Source: Squalus acanthias (Eukaryota). Taken from it: DNA of 64,000 nt. Below are positions 62,921 through 64,000 of the stretch, piece by piece; position 1 is the first letter of the stretch; every line of letters begins with the position of its first letter. Where the stretch lies: positions 143,718,001 through 143,782,000 of the forward strand of contig CM059431.1 in assembly GCA_030390025.1 (NCBI GenBank), read 5' to 3'. Below the pieces are notes generated by a model. It did no database searches, was not told the origin of the DNA, and was given only the letters and a program-made list of their open reading frames with translations. Both the position numbers and the translations under genes were made by a program.

Positions 62921-64000
62921 TTGCGCTGTCATAGAATGCTTTATTAATATTGGCGTCCACAACTTGTTTGCACTTCCCTCAATATGTTATCACCAGGAAC
63001 ATCTCCCTCTGAATCTGTGAAAACCCAGGCCCTGTCTTATAGATACTAGATCACATCTCTCATGCTTCTGAATGTTTGGAATGATTTGTACACTCACACA
63101 CACAACACTGAATACTAGCTCCAACGTTTGGAATGTTGACTAGTCCCGGTTTATTTATTTATTTTTTTAAATCAAGTGACTTTATCTCTCACTATTTCAA
63201 ATCCTCCTTCCTTTTTCTTGCCAATAACTTTTCACTATTTCTTAAATCTTCTGTTTCAGCTCCAACATTTTTATTAATTCCACTCTCTAGTCTCAGATCC
63301 GGATATTTCCCACTCTCCAGTCACATCGCCTGATACCCTCCCACTGCTCCATTCGCCTTTTCAGTAAAACCATTATTGTTTGTCAGTACAGATCGCAGCC
63401 GTCCCTTCCCTTCTCCCTGAACTCACCCTCGTGCCCGAAGATCGTGAACACTTCCCTCCTGCTCCAGCCCTGCAGCCGCACATTGACCAGCCTCATATTT
63501 CCCTCCTGACGCAGCCCAGTGCAAAACAATCTGGAGATCAGCAGCTTGAGGCCTGGTTTCTTAGTTCAGTGCCTAAGTGTTAATAGTCCCTCTATAAACG
63601 TATTTCTATCCGTGTTACTGGTTCCGACCATGGCTATTTTCTGCTCTCCTTTCCTTCCCAGAGGTATTCCCACCCGTTCCAGGATGTTCTTCCTGCTGGT
63701 ACCAGGGATGCAACTAACCATTCGGCACCTGCTCAGGGCTGAAGAAGAGCTTGTTTATTCCTGACTATAGAATCTCCCACCAGTATCGCTCTCCTATACC
63801 TGTGCCCCACCTGCCTCTCACCCCCGCCCCACTCGGGGTGGCCTCCTGCTCCCTGGTACCACACTGTTGCTCAGGAAGACCCTCCTCCGAGTCACTGTCT
63901 CTATCCACCTTACACTCTACAATACCAGGTATCCATTAGACAGTTCGAGTACTCAGGGGCTCCCTCCACCTGTGACTGCGGTGTCCCTCTAGATGGTCAC

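Overview
This is eukaryotic vertebrate DNA. The CR1/L2 LINE families, Penelope-type short repeats and the style of the NLR gene suggest a cartilaginous fish (inference). Two spliced loci lie on the minus strand; the ORF track shows only fragments of them, so I assembled them by hand from GT-AG sites and intron phases. (1) 25099->7327 is an apparently intact secreted protein. A signal peptide and the complete alpha domain of the transcobalamin/haptocorrin/intrinsic-factor (vitamin B12-binding) family (six phase-matched exons, six Cys) splice in frame to one ~4.15 kb exon encoding ~1385 aa of Pro/Thr/Ser-rich mucin-like repeats. No B12-binding beta domain is visible in the window. A further ~5.9 kb of related but decayed PTS-coding repeats follows the stop. 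This B12-binder/mucin fusion is the most interesting feature. (2) 60950->38926 is an NLR immune receptor gene (death-fold-like N-terminus, NACHT, LRR exons) with four frameshifts and one in-frame stop, probably a pseudogene. The rest is nested CR1/L2 LINEs (two young copies with long intact RT ORFs), Penelope-derived inverted repeats carrying minimal hammerhead-ribozyme motifs, a truncated tRNA-Lys and several minisatellites. Family assignments rest on motif recognition, not database searches.
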